Below are positions 26,656 through 40,545 of a DNA stretch of 64,000 nt, one piece after another (within the stretch, counting starts at the first letter, position 1; each line of letters starts with the position of its first letter). The notes under the pieces were generated by a model that was given only the letters and a program-made list of their open reading frames with translations, did not search any database and was not told the origin of the DNA. The DNA lies in the NCBI RefSeq assembly GCF_018350175.1, contig NC_058368.1, positions 164,798,001 to 164,862,000 of the forward strand, read 5' to 3'. The DNA is from Felis catus. Taxonomy: Eukaryota. The position numbers and the translations under genes are program-made.

Positions 26656-27001
26656 TTGCTAGCTAATTCAGGTACAGTTACTATGTGAGATCAAAACTTA
26701 CTATGCTTCTACCACTAAATTCTTGTAAATGAGTAAGATTTTTCCCACCAATGTAGTTACAATTGTTAATGTTCTGTTTCTGCTGAACTAAAGTTTCATT
26801 TTTTCTAGAAGTACTTGAGTCTGCTGAGATATTCTGACCTTGTAGACATTGCAGTTTATTTTAGGTCCTCAGAATTAATTTTCACCTTGTTTCACAGCTT
26901 CCTTCATCAAGAAACTTGGAACAATTTGCTGAGACTGAGCCAGAGAGTGTATCACTATAACATCTGTATATGATATATTCCAAATTATTCCACTCTGATA
27001 T

Positions 27002-27412
27002 TGTAGACACAGTGAGACTCCACCCAGGTCCTTGTTTAAGGAAGGATTTATTTCCATCTGTGGGAGTGCTGTCACCAGAAAGCCTCTAGGTTTCAGCTCC
27101 TTTAGGAGTTGCCTCAGCTTCAGAGAGCTGCCCTACCCAAGGTCATACCCTCCTTAGAGTAGCCCAGATCTGGCTGATGAGTGAGGTGGAGTATTAAGAT
27201 CTGGGCACATCAGCCAGATGCAAAACACTGAAGGGCAATATTGACTTCAGAGCTTTCCATCATTTTGGGTGAGGTGTTGTTGGACCGATACCATAATTGG
27301 ATAATTCAGCTTACCTCTGACCCCACCTTATTTTTCCATAGATGTTGATTCAAATAAGCATCTTATAACCCAAACTCCATTTCATTGTTTGTTTGCAGAG
27401 CACCAAACTCAC
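27002..27412 (+). mobile_element. LTR16-like ERVL solo LTR
   Basis: tgtagac start; tgggagtgctgtc...gttgcctcagcttcagagagctgccctacccaaggtcat; TATA-like gagtattaag; aataa signal near the end. Confidence 0.7.
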
Positions 27413-29997
27413 TATGTATGCCTGACAATCCATTATATTTTCTTCAAAGCTAAACAGATTTAAATTTATTTTTTTTTCTTTGCTTTTTTTTTTCTTTCAT
27501 TCCAAGCCTCATAAAGGCCTTTTGGTTATCCTCAATTGTTTTTGGCAAGAGTTCTTACTAGGTTGAATATAATACTTATTATGATTTAATTGACAAAAAA
27601 TAATTGTATAAGTAAATAAAACAAACCAATCTAGTAAGTAACAACAATAACAACAAAATAAAAAAGTAGCCAGGCTGATAAAGGAAATTTTAAAAAGGAG
27701 AAAGAACTCAGTGTAATAGTTATATTGCAGTGTTACAACCAAAGTAACACTGGTCCTATATTGAACAACATACAACATCACATAGTTTTAGTGAGAGTGC
27801 CTACATTCCACAATGGCTGCTTTAAGAAATCATTTTAGTGAAAATAAGAACTGCTTCTCCCTCCCACTTACTCTCCTCCAAAAATAAAGTTAAAAGCAAA
27901 AACTTACAACATCAAGGCAAATGAATAAAAGAACCAATGAACAAATACATTTAAAACGAAGCAACCAACCAACAAATAAGCCCACTCATGTTGTCTTGTC
28001 ATAACAATTATACTATGTCCCTGTGTCTCAATCAATATGGAGATTGAATGTTCCTGGAAAAGTGGATTTGTACCTACCACTCTTATTCTGCAGTGGTACT
28101 TGAAGGATCATTTATTGTGAGCATCAGGAATAACAACTGGAGTGCAAAAACAATATTAAGGCAATGTATCCTGTAGTACTTTGCAGCTCAACTGATAATA
28201 ATTAGTTAAGTAAACTAGATACTCAAAAGATGGAAATCAAAAAGGATGGAAACAATTATAAATGAAAGTAGTCTGAGAGAGCATAGTACAAACCTGAATG
28301 TTGGTGGAGGGTTGCCTTTTATGGAATGGGGAATATTCACTGCTAGTTTTAAAAATACTTCTACTATTTTGAAAGTAACTTAAAGACAAATTTGAAACAA
28401 GTGCCTTGGATATGTTGTAGAGATTATGTATTCAGTTGAGAAAGATTTTGATTCAGTGACCAAAAATATAACATTAAAATATTCAATCTGCAAGTTTGAT
28501 ATTTGATAGAGCTAAGGTTGTTTTTTTTTTTTTTTCTGAAAAATACCCCATTATGCACAGAAATTCCAGAGTATCTGCAGATTTTTGAAACGGCTGTATT
28601 AGGACTCAGTTTCAATTCCCAAAGAAAGTCTTGTTGACAGAACAAAAAGACATAAGATGTGCTTGAGAAAGTGGAAGTAGTTGTTCTGTGAACAATTGAA
28701 ACATCTAGTGCCCTAATTATTATTATTATTGGAAAATTAGTGATTTGTAGTAATATCAATAGGTATTTAATTTAATTGAAGCATAGGAACTTCTTTTTCC
28801 AGCAATATCCAACTGAGACAAATAATGTGTAGAGATTTCACATGTTTTCTTAGTAACAATTAATGAGTGACAGATTTAGCAACAGAATATGTATTGTCTG
28901 GCTCTCAAGGCCAGGTAGCTCCCTTCCAATCTCTGTGAATATGAATTCAATTACTGAGCACCTATTGTATTTCTCATAAAATGAATAAGTTGGTAAATCT
29001 CTGTCAGAGTAGTAGTAGCGCCATATATTAGAGGCTAAATGAAAGAAAGAAGAACCTCTTATCAAGTAAAGCACCAGAAATGAAAAAGACTTCCACTCTC
29101 CTGTTGAGTGCTACAAGGAAGAAAGACTATAAAATAGAAATTAACAGTTCTCTGCTTTCTGATGGAATATGTCTGTTGTCTGGAATTAACCACAAACTCA
29201 TATACCCAACCACTGTGTGACAAATCATATGGATTGGAGTAGAATCATAGTGAAAATATTTGAGTCTTCCTCTCATATGTAGGCATTCTTTGGAACCTAT
29301 CATCAGCCTGTAAATATCTACTACACATTATAAATTATAATTATGCAGCCATAAAATGTTATAGCACCAAAGAGTTTAGTATATTCAATATTTATTTGAT
29401 TTTAAGAGGATTTCAATACATATTTTATTTAGATAAAATTCAATCTAATTAAGAAATCAAATGAATTGTATATTTTATGTAATGTATTATATAAACTATA
29501 AAACGTGTAAAATATAGATTATATTAAATAATGAAAATAAATTAGGTCCAAAACACTTTTAAGATACTCTACAAATGAGATTTTAAGAAAAATAGCAGAT
29601 GTATGAAGCTATTCAGTGGTGTGCTTTGAAATTTGTCAGTTTAATTTAATTTAAACATGTGTCAAGTTTTGCCAAATGGAACAAATTAAACTCTTTTCTA
29701 TTTTTTATGCCACACCCAAACCTTAGTCACACATGTCTTTTATCTGAAACTATGCTCTTTTTTCTTAACTAATTCAGCAAACATGTAAGATGTTCTTCAT
29801 ATAGCTCTCCAAACTTTGTTCTTCGGTAAAGTAATTTTTTTCTTGCTTTAACCACATGATCAAATGATCATATGGGAACTACTATATTTTGCATATACCA
29901 ATATTCTCCCACCATTAATTGGCCCAAAGATGGCTACTTGACTCAAGGTAGACCAATAATTTCTACCTCACTTTAGTCCAGGTAGTTTATTGAAGGA

Positions 29998-30410
29998 CAG
30001 TATATAGGATTCTCAGAGAAACAGAACCAATAGAATGGATGGATGGATGGATGGATGGATAGATAAAGATATTATTTTAAGGAATTAGTTCATGCAGTAT
30101 GAAGCCTGACATGTTCAAAATCTTCACAGTAGGCTGGTAGATAAGAAATGGAGGGCAGAACCAAGCTTCCAGTTCAAGTCCAAAAGCCATCTGCCAATAG
30201 AAATTCTTCTTTTTCCAGATAGGTCAGTGTTTGTTCTGTTGGATAAGGCCCACCCATTTTAGGGAGGACAATATGCTTTCATCAAAGTCCACCAATTTAA
30301 ATGTTAATCTCATGCCAAAAACACTCTTCTGGAAACATCCAGAATAATATTTGACCAAATATCTAGGCACTGTAGCCCAGCCAAGTTAATACATAAAATT
30401 AATTGCCACA
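29998..30410 (-). mobile_element. MLT2 (ERVL) solo LTR with internal (GGAT)n
   Basis: ggattctcagagaaacagaaccaatag...cccagccaagttaatacataaaattaattgccaca, typical MLT2 termini. Confidence 0.85.
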
Positions 30411-30599
30411 GGTACTTTCATGAAGCTGGATTAGTCAGTACTCTTGTCATGGAAATCACGCAAGCCATCTCAGATATTAATCTGAAAGTTTCCAACTGCC
30501 ACATTTTTTAGTTGTATAGATAAAGGTATTCAGAGACACAAAAAGATAGCCCCTCAAAAAGTAATGATGAGAAACTGGAAGATAACTGAATACCTTAGG

Positions 30600-30864
30600 A
30601 GTTCCTAAGGAAGGAGAAGGTGGTTTTCATGTCTCAGTTCAGAGAAAGGGAATTTTTCCTTCTTCCACTTATTTTTTCTGTTCGGCCGTCAAGGAATTGG
30701 ATGATGCCCACTTGCATTGGTGAGGACAGTATTCTTTACTCAGTCATCGATTCAAATGCTAATCTCTTTTGGAGACATTCTCACAGACACACCCAAAAAT
30801 GCTTTACCAGCTCTCTGGGCATCCCTTAGCCCAGTCAAGTTGACACACTAAATTAACCATCACA
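30600..30864 (-). mobile_element. partial MLT2B-like LTR
   Basis: attggatgatgcccacttgcattggtgagg...agcccagtcaagttgacacactaaattaaccatcaca. Confidence 0.85.
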
Positions 30865-31220
30865 TCAATCAGTACATGCTAATAAGAAAGAGATGCCAAT
30901 AGTTTAAGGCAGGATTTCTCAAGATTTTTTAATGGAGCCCTTTTAAAAGAAAATATTCTCAGTTAATAACCATTCATTTATTTTTATTAAAATATTAACT
31001 TTAAATTATGAATTACAATTATAAATTCCTTATGCTTGTAACTATTACATACCATAATAATAAAAATACAAGAATAAATGCAAATAAAACTAGAAAACCA
31101 ATTTTTAAAAAGTAAAACTAACATTAACCTAAGAGGATGAATAATGATTATTCTGGCCACACTTTGATATGGTATTTGGTATCGCCTGCTAAGACATGGG
31201 TTTTATTTTACTTTGGCATA

Positions 31221-31636
31221 TGTCTTAGTTTGCTAGGACTGCTATAACAAAGAGCCACAAACTACATGGTTTAAACAACCGAAATTTATTATCTCATATT
31301 TCTGGAGGCCAAAAGCCTAAGATCAAGGTGTTGACAGGGTTGGTGCCTACTGAGAACTGTAAAGAAGAATCTGACCCATGCTTCTCCCCTAGCTTCTGTT
31401 GATTTGCTGACATTCTTTGGTGTTACTTCGTTTGTAGATCTCTGCCTTTATTTTCACATTGTGAAATGTGAAATTTCCCCTTTTCTTAAGGATACTGGTC
31501 TTGGTGAACTAGAAACCACCCTAATGGCTTTATCTAATTATATCACCAATGACTCTATTTCCACATAAGATCAGACTTACTGGTGTTAGTGCTTCAACAT
31601 ATGAATAGGGGTGGGGGCACAATTCAACTCATAACA
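31221..31636 (-). mobile_element. MLT1B/C-like MaLR solo LTR
   Basis: tgtcttagtttgctaggactgctataacaaa...gggggcacaattcaactcataaca with TG...CA termini. Confidence 0.85.
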
Positions 31637-31934
31637 GTATGTCTCTATTATTTTGGACATTAACCATGTGAATAAAATTTTCTACTTTTCTCTATTTGAA
31701 CTTCTCTGAAGCCTCCGTTCATGTAATATGCCATGACTGTTTTTTCTTATTTGCTTTGTAAAATTTATACCTCTTAACGTGATTCATCACTTAATCATTG
31801 AAACCATCAGATAGCAAACAAATTTAAACTCACTATCCAGATTCATAATATGCTTAAGCTACATTAAGTAAAATGATAATTTACATTACAACTTATTGTA
31901 GAAATTCTCAGTTGAGAAATATGGGTTTGATGTG

Positions 31935-32362
31935 TGTAACAGATGCCTTGTAGCCCCACCCACATCTTCTTGACACTCACAGCCCTGACAGCTTCTTACT
32001 ACAAACACCTGTGACTCCATGTCTGGAGGCATTCTCTGGCTATAAAAATATTCTCAGTCTGTGGTCAAGGGTCAAAGCAGAGTGCAAACAATTTAATGCC
32101 CCCATGAGTAGTATACAACTAGTTGATGGATGGAGTTGAATGGGAATCACACTTTGGGTGGAATAACTTGGAAGCATTTCCTATTGGAATCGAGCTTCAG
32201 TAACGTACAAAGGTAATTTTCTCACGTATGTACCTGTATTAACTTCCTTTCCTTCTCTTTCTCATGCTTCTGCTTTGTTATTAGTTATTCTTGAAAAGAC
32301 CTACCTAGTTAACTGCTTGTACCTATGAAAAGGTCTGCTTATGGAGGAAACCAGGATGAAAT
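31935..32362 (+). mobile_element. LTR16/LTR33-like ERVL LTR
   Basis: tgtaacagatgcc start; ends ggtctgcttatggaggaaaccagg, resembling ERVL LTR 3' ends. Confidence 0.5.
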
Positions 32363-34134
32363 ACTATGTTAGCTATAGTTCAATGCATAAATTTTAATGA
32401 GGACATTTCTAAATCATCATCTAAAGGAACATTTTTGTTTAGGGGAGCTACACCTTATCAGTGAAAGTTCTGTGAATCCCAGTTCTAAAAATCTCTCATA
32501 TTCTAAAATATATCCACTTTCAGTCCTCCTCTCATTCCCGTGCCCCTTATAGTGTCTCAACTTTTCTCACATATTATTTTTACAGCCTCCAGAAATATGA
32601 TCCTAACTCCACTCTTCCCTTTTTAAAATGCATACTCCAAAATAGCTTCCTGGTTAGCTCACTCCCTAGCACTCTTTACCAAATACCCTTTGCTCTAGTC
32701 ACAAAGAACCACTGGAACCTTCTCTAAAATGATTGATCTTCTCATGAGTCTGTACCTCATTCATGGTTTTCCTTCTGCCTGGAATGATATTAAAATTCTC
32801 CAGCAGAATTTCTGCCAGCGTTTCTTGACTCTACAAAGAACGCTTCCCTTATCCTCTAGCGTCCGTTTTACCCCTTACTCATAGCATGGACTCCCTCTTG
32901 TTTGTGATATAATTTTATACCTCTAGCATTATTAACACATACCAAGATATTGTACATGTTTTCACATGTTTTTCTTCATTTATTAAATGTTAGACACCTT
33001 TAAGAAAACCATATTCATTTCAATGTTTCCTGTGCCAGATTGATAGGTGTTCAGTAATATATTATTTGAATATGTGGGTGGACATTATGGTGACATTCTA
33101 GACTCCCTGCTTGGCCTAGAACTTGGATCAGTATGGTGAAATACTTTACTGAAGATTTTCTGGCAAAGTCATCAGGGTCAGTGGTCAAGTGAGAACTCAT
33201 CCCATCCCCCATTCCCAACCTTCAGTTAGATACTTCTGCTATCCTCTCAGACATGCATGCAACAAGAGGACCTGGGATTGTCATGTCCTTAGTTTTGACT
33301 AAGAAAGTGAGATTTTTGAGCTGAGAGGTGATGATAATGGTCTGGAGATTGGCATTAGCCTATTACCTAGAGAAGATGGTGTGGGGGAACATCAGGGAAA
33401 CTACAGTGCAGTTAGACATACACATTCAGACTCAGGAAAAGAAAGGGAGACACCGCATTCCTGCTTTTGCCTGGGTTGAGTATGACTGCACACTACTTTT
33501 GACCATGTAGCTTCACACAGCCTGTTTCACCATCTGTTGGAGTAGCTCTCCTGGTTTTTAGAGAGGGTATCAGAACAGACAGCTTCTATAAAGAGCCTTT
33601 TATCCTGTCCACAGTCTCCTTGAAGCCAATCCAAAAACTGTCAGCTTTGACTCAGGTTTGCTACTGCTAAATTGCAAACAAGCACATCAGTTATTACAGG
33701 TTCTGGAGGTGGAGAAACATACACTGGTTACTTCATAGCAGTGATGGTCTGTTGTTTGTATTTGAGGATAATTAGGGAGGAAAGGAAGCTACTTCAGCAG
33801 GTACAGTACCGGCCCTCACGAAAAACTGATTTTTTTTTTTTTACTTTGTTGGAGATATAGTAGCTGAGTCAATCTTTTTCAGCCTAATAATGGAGTCAGT
33901 ATTTTTCAGCCTGATTTTTCATTCTAATCAGGTTAATGTGAGTCTTCATCCTTTGCCTATGTCTTAAACATCAATAATTTTCAGAGATTTAATTCACCTA
34001 TTTTCTCAAGTTTCTTCTCTACTAACTCATGTATAATTTGCTTCAGTGTTATAAGTAATACACATATGTCCCAGACTTAATTCTTGGCTCTAAGTATGAT
34101 TATATTTTTAACTATATTTAAAATAATCTAATGT

Positions 34135-34290
34135 GGGGATACCTGGGTTGCTCAGTTGGTTAAGCATTAGACTCTTGATTTCAGCTCAGGTCTTGATCTC
34201 AGGGTCATGAGTTCAAGCCCCACATTGAGTTGGAGCCTACTTAAAAAACAATAAAATAATAAATAGAATAGAATAGAAAATAGAATAGAA
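34135..34290 (+). mobile_element. short old Can-SINE (no CT tract)
   Basis: ggggatacctgggttgctcag...gttcaagccccacattg...gagcctacttaaaaa with (TAGAA)n tail. Confidence 0.85.
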
Positions 34291-34369
34291 TGTTAGAATA
34301 TCCAAGGAAGTGTTCCCATCATTTAGACACCCTAACAAAATTATTGTGACTGTTTAAAAGTTCCACTTA

Positions 34370-34404
34370 ATCGCTTCTCGGCCTTTTGGCTAAGATCAAG
34401 TGTA
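34370..34404 (+). pseudogene. RNU2: 3'-truncated (tailless) U2 snRNA retropseudogene, nt 1-35
   Basis: ATCGCTTCTCGGCCTTTTGGCTAAGATCAAGTGTA matches the 5' end of U2 snRNA; flanked by direct repeat aaaagttccactta (34356-34369, 34404-34417). Confidence 0.95.
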
Positions 34405-34417
34405 AAAGTTCCACTTA

Positions 34418-34420
34418 AAA

Positions 34421-34496
<76 letters not shown>

Positions 34497-34503
34497 TGTG
34501 TGT
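34418..34503. repeat. compound (TAAA)n(TG)n microsatellite
   Basis: Seen directly. Confidence 0.95.
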
Positions 34504-34511
34504 ATGCATAT

Positions 34512-34606
34512 AAAATTTTAAATAGGCTCCATGCCAAATGTGGGGCTTGAACTTATGACCCTAAGATAGGAGTCGCATGCTCTACCAACTGAGCCAGCCA
34601 GAAACC
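34512..34606 (-). mobile_element. short old Can-SINE
   Basis: ggctccatgccaaatgtggggcttgaactt...gctctaccaactgagccagccag. Confidence 0.8.
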
Positions 34607-37600
34607 ACTTTATGTAGCTTTAAATAATAATGTATTTATAATTGTGACCTGACTTTCATTTGACCCTATATCTACATGCTGTTTAAAAACCTTCATAAAT
34701 TATTACCACTAAGATAACAACTATAATCTAATTGACCATTCCTTTATCACTGAGTACATTGCCCTCAGAAGTTTCATGTAACATTTCAGGGAGCATTTGC
34801 ATAGTTAGAACTTCTATCCTGCTTTTATTTTTGCATAGGAAAATGTCTCATAATTTAATAGAAATTAAGGATGGATAGGGTCAAAATGTCTGAGTTTATA
34901 GCTTTTGATAAATATTCTAACAAAATATTCCATAAAAGTTGTGAACGCATATCCTTTTTGTGGTTGTAATTTTGATCTCACATATTATTGTATAATTTTT
35001 TACTTATTAAGAGAAATAAACTTACATTAGTGTTTTCAATTAGGTTTACTGTGATTCACTTGAACAAGTTAGAATACTTGTATATTTGTTTACCAGGTAA
35101 CTTTCTGGGTTTGTGAATTGTTGTTTCATGTTATTTCCTGTATTTGTCAGCAGCCTTATATTATAGTTCAGTATTGTGTTCACTTAGATATGCTATAGGA
35201 CATTTTTGTATGCTTTTTTAAACCTTTTACATAATTGTGATCATACTATAAATATCTTCATGTTCTGCTATTTCAATAATATGTTGACATGAGCAAATTT
35301 ATATTATTATAAAGCCCTAAGAAATACTATTATTAACAATATCCTGCCATGTTATAGAACATTTACCTATCTTTTCTTCAATTTTTGTCCTGTGAAATTT
35401 TTTTTTTGCCTTCCCTAAAATAAATAATAGTGATAAATCTATTTGTGAAGATAACTTTTCTAAAATTTGTAGTTATTTCCTTCAGAGAAAGACTAGTATT
35501 TGTGCTTTGTATAGTTTTTGGCCCATAATTGAGTCTCAGTAAATATTTTTAATTAATTATATGCATGAACTTAGTGTCGAGAATGTCTGAGGTCTACCTT
35601 GAGTAGATCATATCTAACATATTGAGCAGAATCTTGATCATATCTTAGGAGGGAGATGGTCAACAAGCTTTGATTTTTCTTTCTGTCAGGATACTGAAAG
35701 GATTTTAAATTCTAATATACTAATTCAGTTTCAAAATTAGGACTAGAAATGTAAGGTTATGGAAAGACATTAAAATCTGTGTTGGAACACATACAGTTCT
35801 TTCCAAAGAGTGATACATCCTAAATATTCTGAGGGCTTTTACTCATCCTGCCATTGTTTCATATTAATCTTTCACCAGTTAAAATCTCTAACACGTGTTT
35901 TTGTCATGCCTCATCTTTACCATGCAATGTTATATTTGCGAAAAAGAAAAATGTTTTTCCAGCCTAAGATCAGTTGTTTCCATTTAATGTTTTAAAATTT
36001 CATCTCATTATTTTTGCTTGTCTTTTCATTTTATTGACATCATTTTGTATTCTGACTCTGTTCTTTATAATATTTGTTAGCTCTCATAGCTTATGTGCCA
36101 TGTATATAGTTGATGAAAAAGACCTCAATGTCCTCCTTCTGAATATTAGTTTTAGATCCCTGCTTCCATGTCATCTCACCACGTGCAGCCTTTTCAGGTC
36201 TTCAGGAGTCCATGAAATAGCAACTTTTGTAAGGATTCTTCAGTCAGCTATAAACACGCTGAATTTTACCATCATCTATGTTTCCTTTATTATTCATAAA
36301 GTCTTAGGAAACACTAATTATCGGCACTTAAATTTTATTTCATCTTATTATAAATAACAACATGAAAATATGTTTTTGAAATTCTTTTCTCTCTTAATCA
36401 GAATCACTGATGTAATCATCTATTTACTAATCATAAATACAATAAATAAAGTAAAATAACTGTAATAATAGTAATAATAAATAGTCATGAAATGGATAGT
36501 CATATACTAGTTATCCTTATTCACCAACCAGAATTTTAAAATATTGCCAAACCATAGCAGCCAACCCTTACAGTGCCTCATCATTTCATCATGTTTTAAT
36601 GTGAATCTTAAGTATAAGGATGAGGGAAAGGTGTGAAAGGGAGTGAAAGGTACTTACTACTTATATCAGTTCTTTTGGGAGGATGTAGATGCTGTTGCCT
36701 TGGCATGACACCCTCCTTCATGCATATGTATTACACTCTCATATTGACAAATAGCAACATATGTTCCTATAACATTAACTGGAGTGCTGCATGATATTAA
36801 AGATTCAAAATCACCACAGATGCTAACAAAGATCACCTGAATATTACATAGCTTCTTCTACAATTTTACCAACTTTCATGTGAGCAGTTGTACCTGGATA
36901 ATCACAGCCATATTCAGATTACAGTTCATAATTCGTCCCCTTTAAAAATTGAGAACACCACCTGTTTTCATTCTGCTTAAAAAAAATAAGGTTTGATGAG
37001 ATTAGGAAACACATCCAGTCTTTGTTTTTAGCTGGCCCATTTTGAAAATTGGGGTCATGGATGATGGCTTCCTGAGTGGGGCAGCAAAAGCAATGGTAAT
37101 GGAGAAACATTAAAAAGATTCAGATGTGTGGTTCTAAGCAGCATTCGCAAATGTGTGAGTGCATTGACATGCTTGATTATGCAAAAGCTGAGCTGTGCAA
37201 ATCATAATAATAAGCTTTCTCATTAGATTTCCTGCATTTTCTGCTTCTTGATCAGCCAGAAATACGGCCAAGTGTTCCCATTCTTTTGAAATTTCCCATT
37301 TACACTTGTTTCAACTACTCAGAGAAAAATAGGGAAAATAGAGCAGTGAAATAAGATTTTAATTAAAGGGGAAAATGGAAAATGTTCAAATTTCATAAAA
37401 CTCAAAAGACGTGTACACTTTGGTTATAGTCAGCTTGAAAACAAAATTTTACTTAGCACTCATAAAAGTTAAATCAGTTCGTAAGTCAATTACTAAGTGA
37501 AGAATGTAGTTCAACTACTTTAAAAAGTAAACCTGAAAATGATAATTGAAGAAGGCTTATCAAATCATTTATTTTACAGAAAAGTTTTGTTCACAGAATC

Positions 37601-37620
37601 AGAGCCATCCAGAATAAAGC

Positions 37621-37666
<46 letters not shown>

Positions 37667-37680
37667 CAACAATAATAATA
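37621..37680. repeat. (AAT)n/(AAC)n microsatellite
   Basis: Seen directly. Confidence 0.95.
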
Positions 37681-39807
37681 AAGAAGAATTATTTTAAAGG
37701 AATGATAAAACTAAAAACATTTTAGTTTTCAAAGATATGTTCAGGTATCTTTAAAACCATTTTACTTGTTCAAAATATTTTCTTTCTGTCTTTAGTGGAA
37801 ATAAATAAATGTAATAGTTACTTTAGGAAAACTATAGATAAAATTAGGAACTCATTCAATATAACCAACACAGTCTTTACACTGGTAATGCATCAGTGTA
37901 TATCTTATAGATAAATGATACATTAAAGTGATTTTGTGGTAATAATTATGCCATTCATTTGGCTTCCCAATTTAGTATCAACTAAGATAGTGACCAAGAG
38001 AAGCTGAAAAAAATCTTGGTCTAAATTATATGCATTGGCATTAGATATTCAACAAATGAAAGCATTTTCTATTGCTGTAGATAAAAGCTGAGGCATTTTT
38101 TCCCTTTATTTATGTGGAGACAAATACTAATTTGCTTGATTGTACCATTATATTTGAAATTATGCTTCATATATTATGTATGTTAGTGTTATAGTGAGAG
38201 AGAATCACAATAAGAGCGGAGGGAGGAAATAATTTAAAGAGCGTTTTGAACCTGAGGATTCCATAATGTTACAGTTCCATCCACCTCTGGACTTCCCAAC
38301 CTCAAGGAAACTGCAGTTCTTAAAGTCTGATCCTTGTTGTTTCATCACAGATCAAGAACAAACATATGCCATAGGGAGATGAGGAACTCCAGCTTCCAAA
38401 ACCTGCCTGGATTAGGTTGCACATCCAATGATCTCCTATAATGTCTCTGTGCCCCACTTTGGTTCACCCCAGCCACTCACATATTTCAAACTTTAGTTGC
38501 ATGAATATTGTGACTAGTAGAACATTCTATTATTTTGTAAGTATAAGTCCATGGTGTCATCTGGTGTATCCCTTCTATGCCCTACATTTGTATTTTACTT
38601 TTCTATATCTCATACACTCTACTCACTGAATTTTAGTGTTCATTCACTAAATTCTTATAACGAGCAGATGTGAAAATCACACAGGTGTCCACTCAGGAAA
38701 AGACTGTACAGCCCTTCCCTGGAGCTCAGTATGTCTCAGCACCACAGTCCTCATGCTGCCCATCTGTTTTTCACAGTGCTCTTAATTTCACATACTCTTA
38801 GGTATAAAGACTGATGGTTTCATTCTGTTATCAGTCAGACACATGTTTTAAAAGAGACTTATTACAATCCCCTTTCATCTTAACTTTATGGGAAATATAT
38901 TACATGAAAGTCTTTCTACTTTCTTCCCTCCATGACCTATGCTGTTTCCATATTCTTCAGAGTATAGAAAATGTTCCTTAGGACCACTATATTTACTCTG
39001 CCCCCACCACTCAACCTCTCTGAACCCCCCTATCTTCCTGCCCTCCTCCCCCCAACATGTGTGTTACTACTAATCCTCCCTGTGAATTCCAACTTGCCCC
39101 TAGTCTGCATTTGTAAAGTATTCGCTATGGGAATCTAACCCAAATCCTTTTAAGGGCCCTGTGATGTGATGTTGAACTTCACATGAGTCAAATGGTGAAA
39201 GGTATATGATTAAGATTTTAAGAGCTTGAAACTTAGCAGTTTTGGATACTTCATTATATTAATAACCTAAATTATAATTTTTTTAACATTAGGAGGCAAG
39301 AGAAATTAACTTATTTCAATAATTAAAAGTAATATGCAATTCATACTTATCATTTTGTAGAGAAAAACATTTAGATTTGAATATTTGTATCATAGGTAGC
39401 AGGGACAGCTCTAAACAAAACAGATTATGGAGAATTATTGAATGAATTATGCTAGGAGTTATCTATCCCTGACCACTCCTCACTCTGTACCTACCTCCCT
39501 CTACTTGGAATGTAAGCACTTTCATCATGTTTCTTGTCCATCCATAGGACCATACACATTTACCACCTAATTTCTCTAGTAATATTCTGCAAATTTGTTT
39601 CTCATCTTACGAGCTTTAATAAGATTCAAATGACTAGCTGTAGTATTATTTATAAATCTATTTTCATAGAGTGTTCAAGATACACAATTCTTTAAGCCAA
39701 AGTTGTAATTTAATGACAAGGTGCTTACCCAACAATTGACCAGTGTTTTTTTTTTTTCTTTTCTCACTAGACTTGTGTGGACTATGAGCACCATAAAAGC
39801 AAACACT

Positions 39808-39905
39808 TAGCTAACAATATTATGTTATGTATTTGACAGTAGCTAAGAGAGTAGATTTAGAAAGTCCTCACCGTAAAAAAATTGTAACTATGTGAGGTAA
39901 TAGAT

Positions 39906-39948
<43 letters not shown>

Positions 39949-40062
39949 AAATCATTATATTGGTGTATCCCTATAATATATATCATTTGATATATATCAA
40001 ATCATTATGTTGTACACCTTAAACTTGCAGAATGGTATATGTCAATTATACCTCAATATAGT
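39808..40062 (+). mobile_element. L1MA9/10-like 3' end with internal (TG)n
   Basis: gctaagagagtagattt...aattgtaactatgtgaggt...tgttgtacaccttaaactt...tatgtcaattatacctcaata. Confidence 0.8.
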
Positions 40063-40351
40063 CAAAATAACTGGGACAAAAAAGTATCTCCTTTCTTCCC
40101 GCCCCCCCCCCCCACTATTATGTACTCAAGGCTGGAGTACAGAGTATAGTAAAGAAAAAGTAGTCAGCATTTTTAGAAAAAAGTTGGCAAATTAATAAAT
40201 GAACATGAGTGTCTCTAATCCTAAAATGAGATAATGTTTTATACAAAAAGCAACACTGCCAATAAATATATTTTATATACATGTATAAATGAGTAATGCT
40301 AAGCACTATATATAGAAAGCAGCTTATATACCCATATTTGTTTAAAAATCA

Positions 40352-40545
40352 GGGGTGCCTGGGTGGCTCAGTTTGTTGAGCATCCAACTTCAGCTCAGGT
40401 CATGATTTCACGGTTTGTTGAGTTCAAGCCTGGCGTCTGGTACTGTGCCAACCAGCAAGATTCTGTGTCTCTTTCTCTCTCTCTGCCCCTCCCCAACTCA
40501 TGCTCTGTCTCTGTGTCTCAAAAATGAATAAATGTTAAAAATATT
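40352..40545 (+). mobile_element. Can-SINE (intermediate age, internal deletion)
   Basis: ggggtgcctgggtggctcag head; lacks the gagcctggagcctgc segment. Confidence 0.93.

Noticed and set aside
34370..34404. Functional U2 snRNA gene
   Set aside because: Only 35 nt are present, with no Sm site or 3' stem-loops and no evident PSE, and the piece is flanked by a TSD.
35974..36357. 127-aa hydrophobic ORF
   Set aside because: It has a non-ATG start in T-rich low-complexity sequence that naturally gives F/L/I-rich translations, with no splice or homology support.
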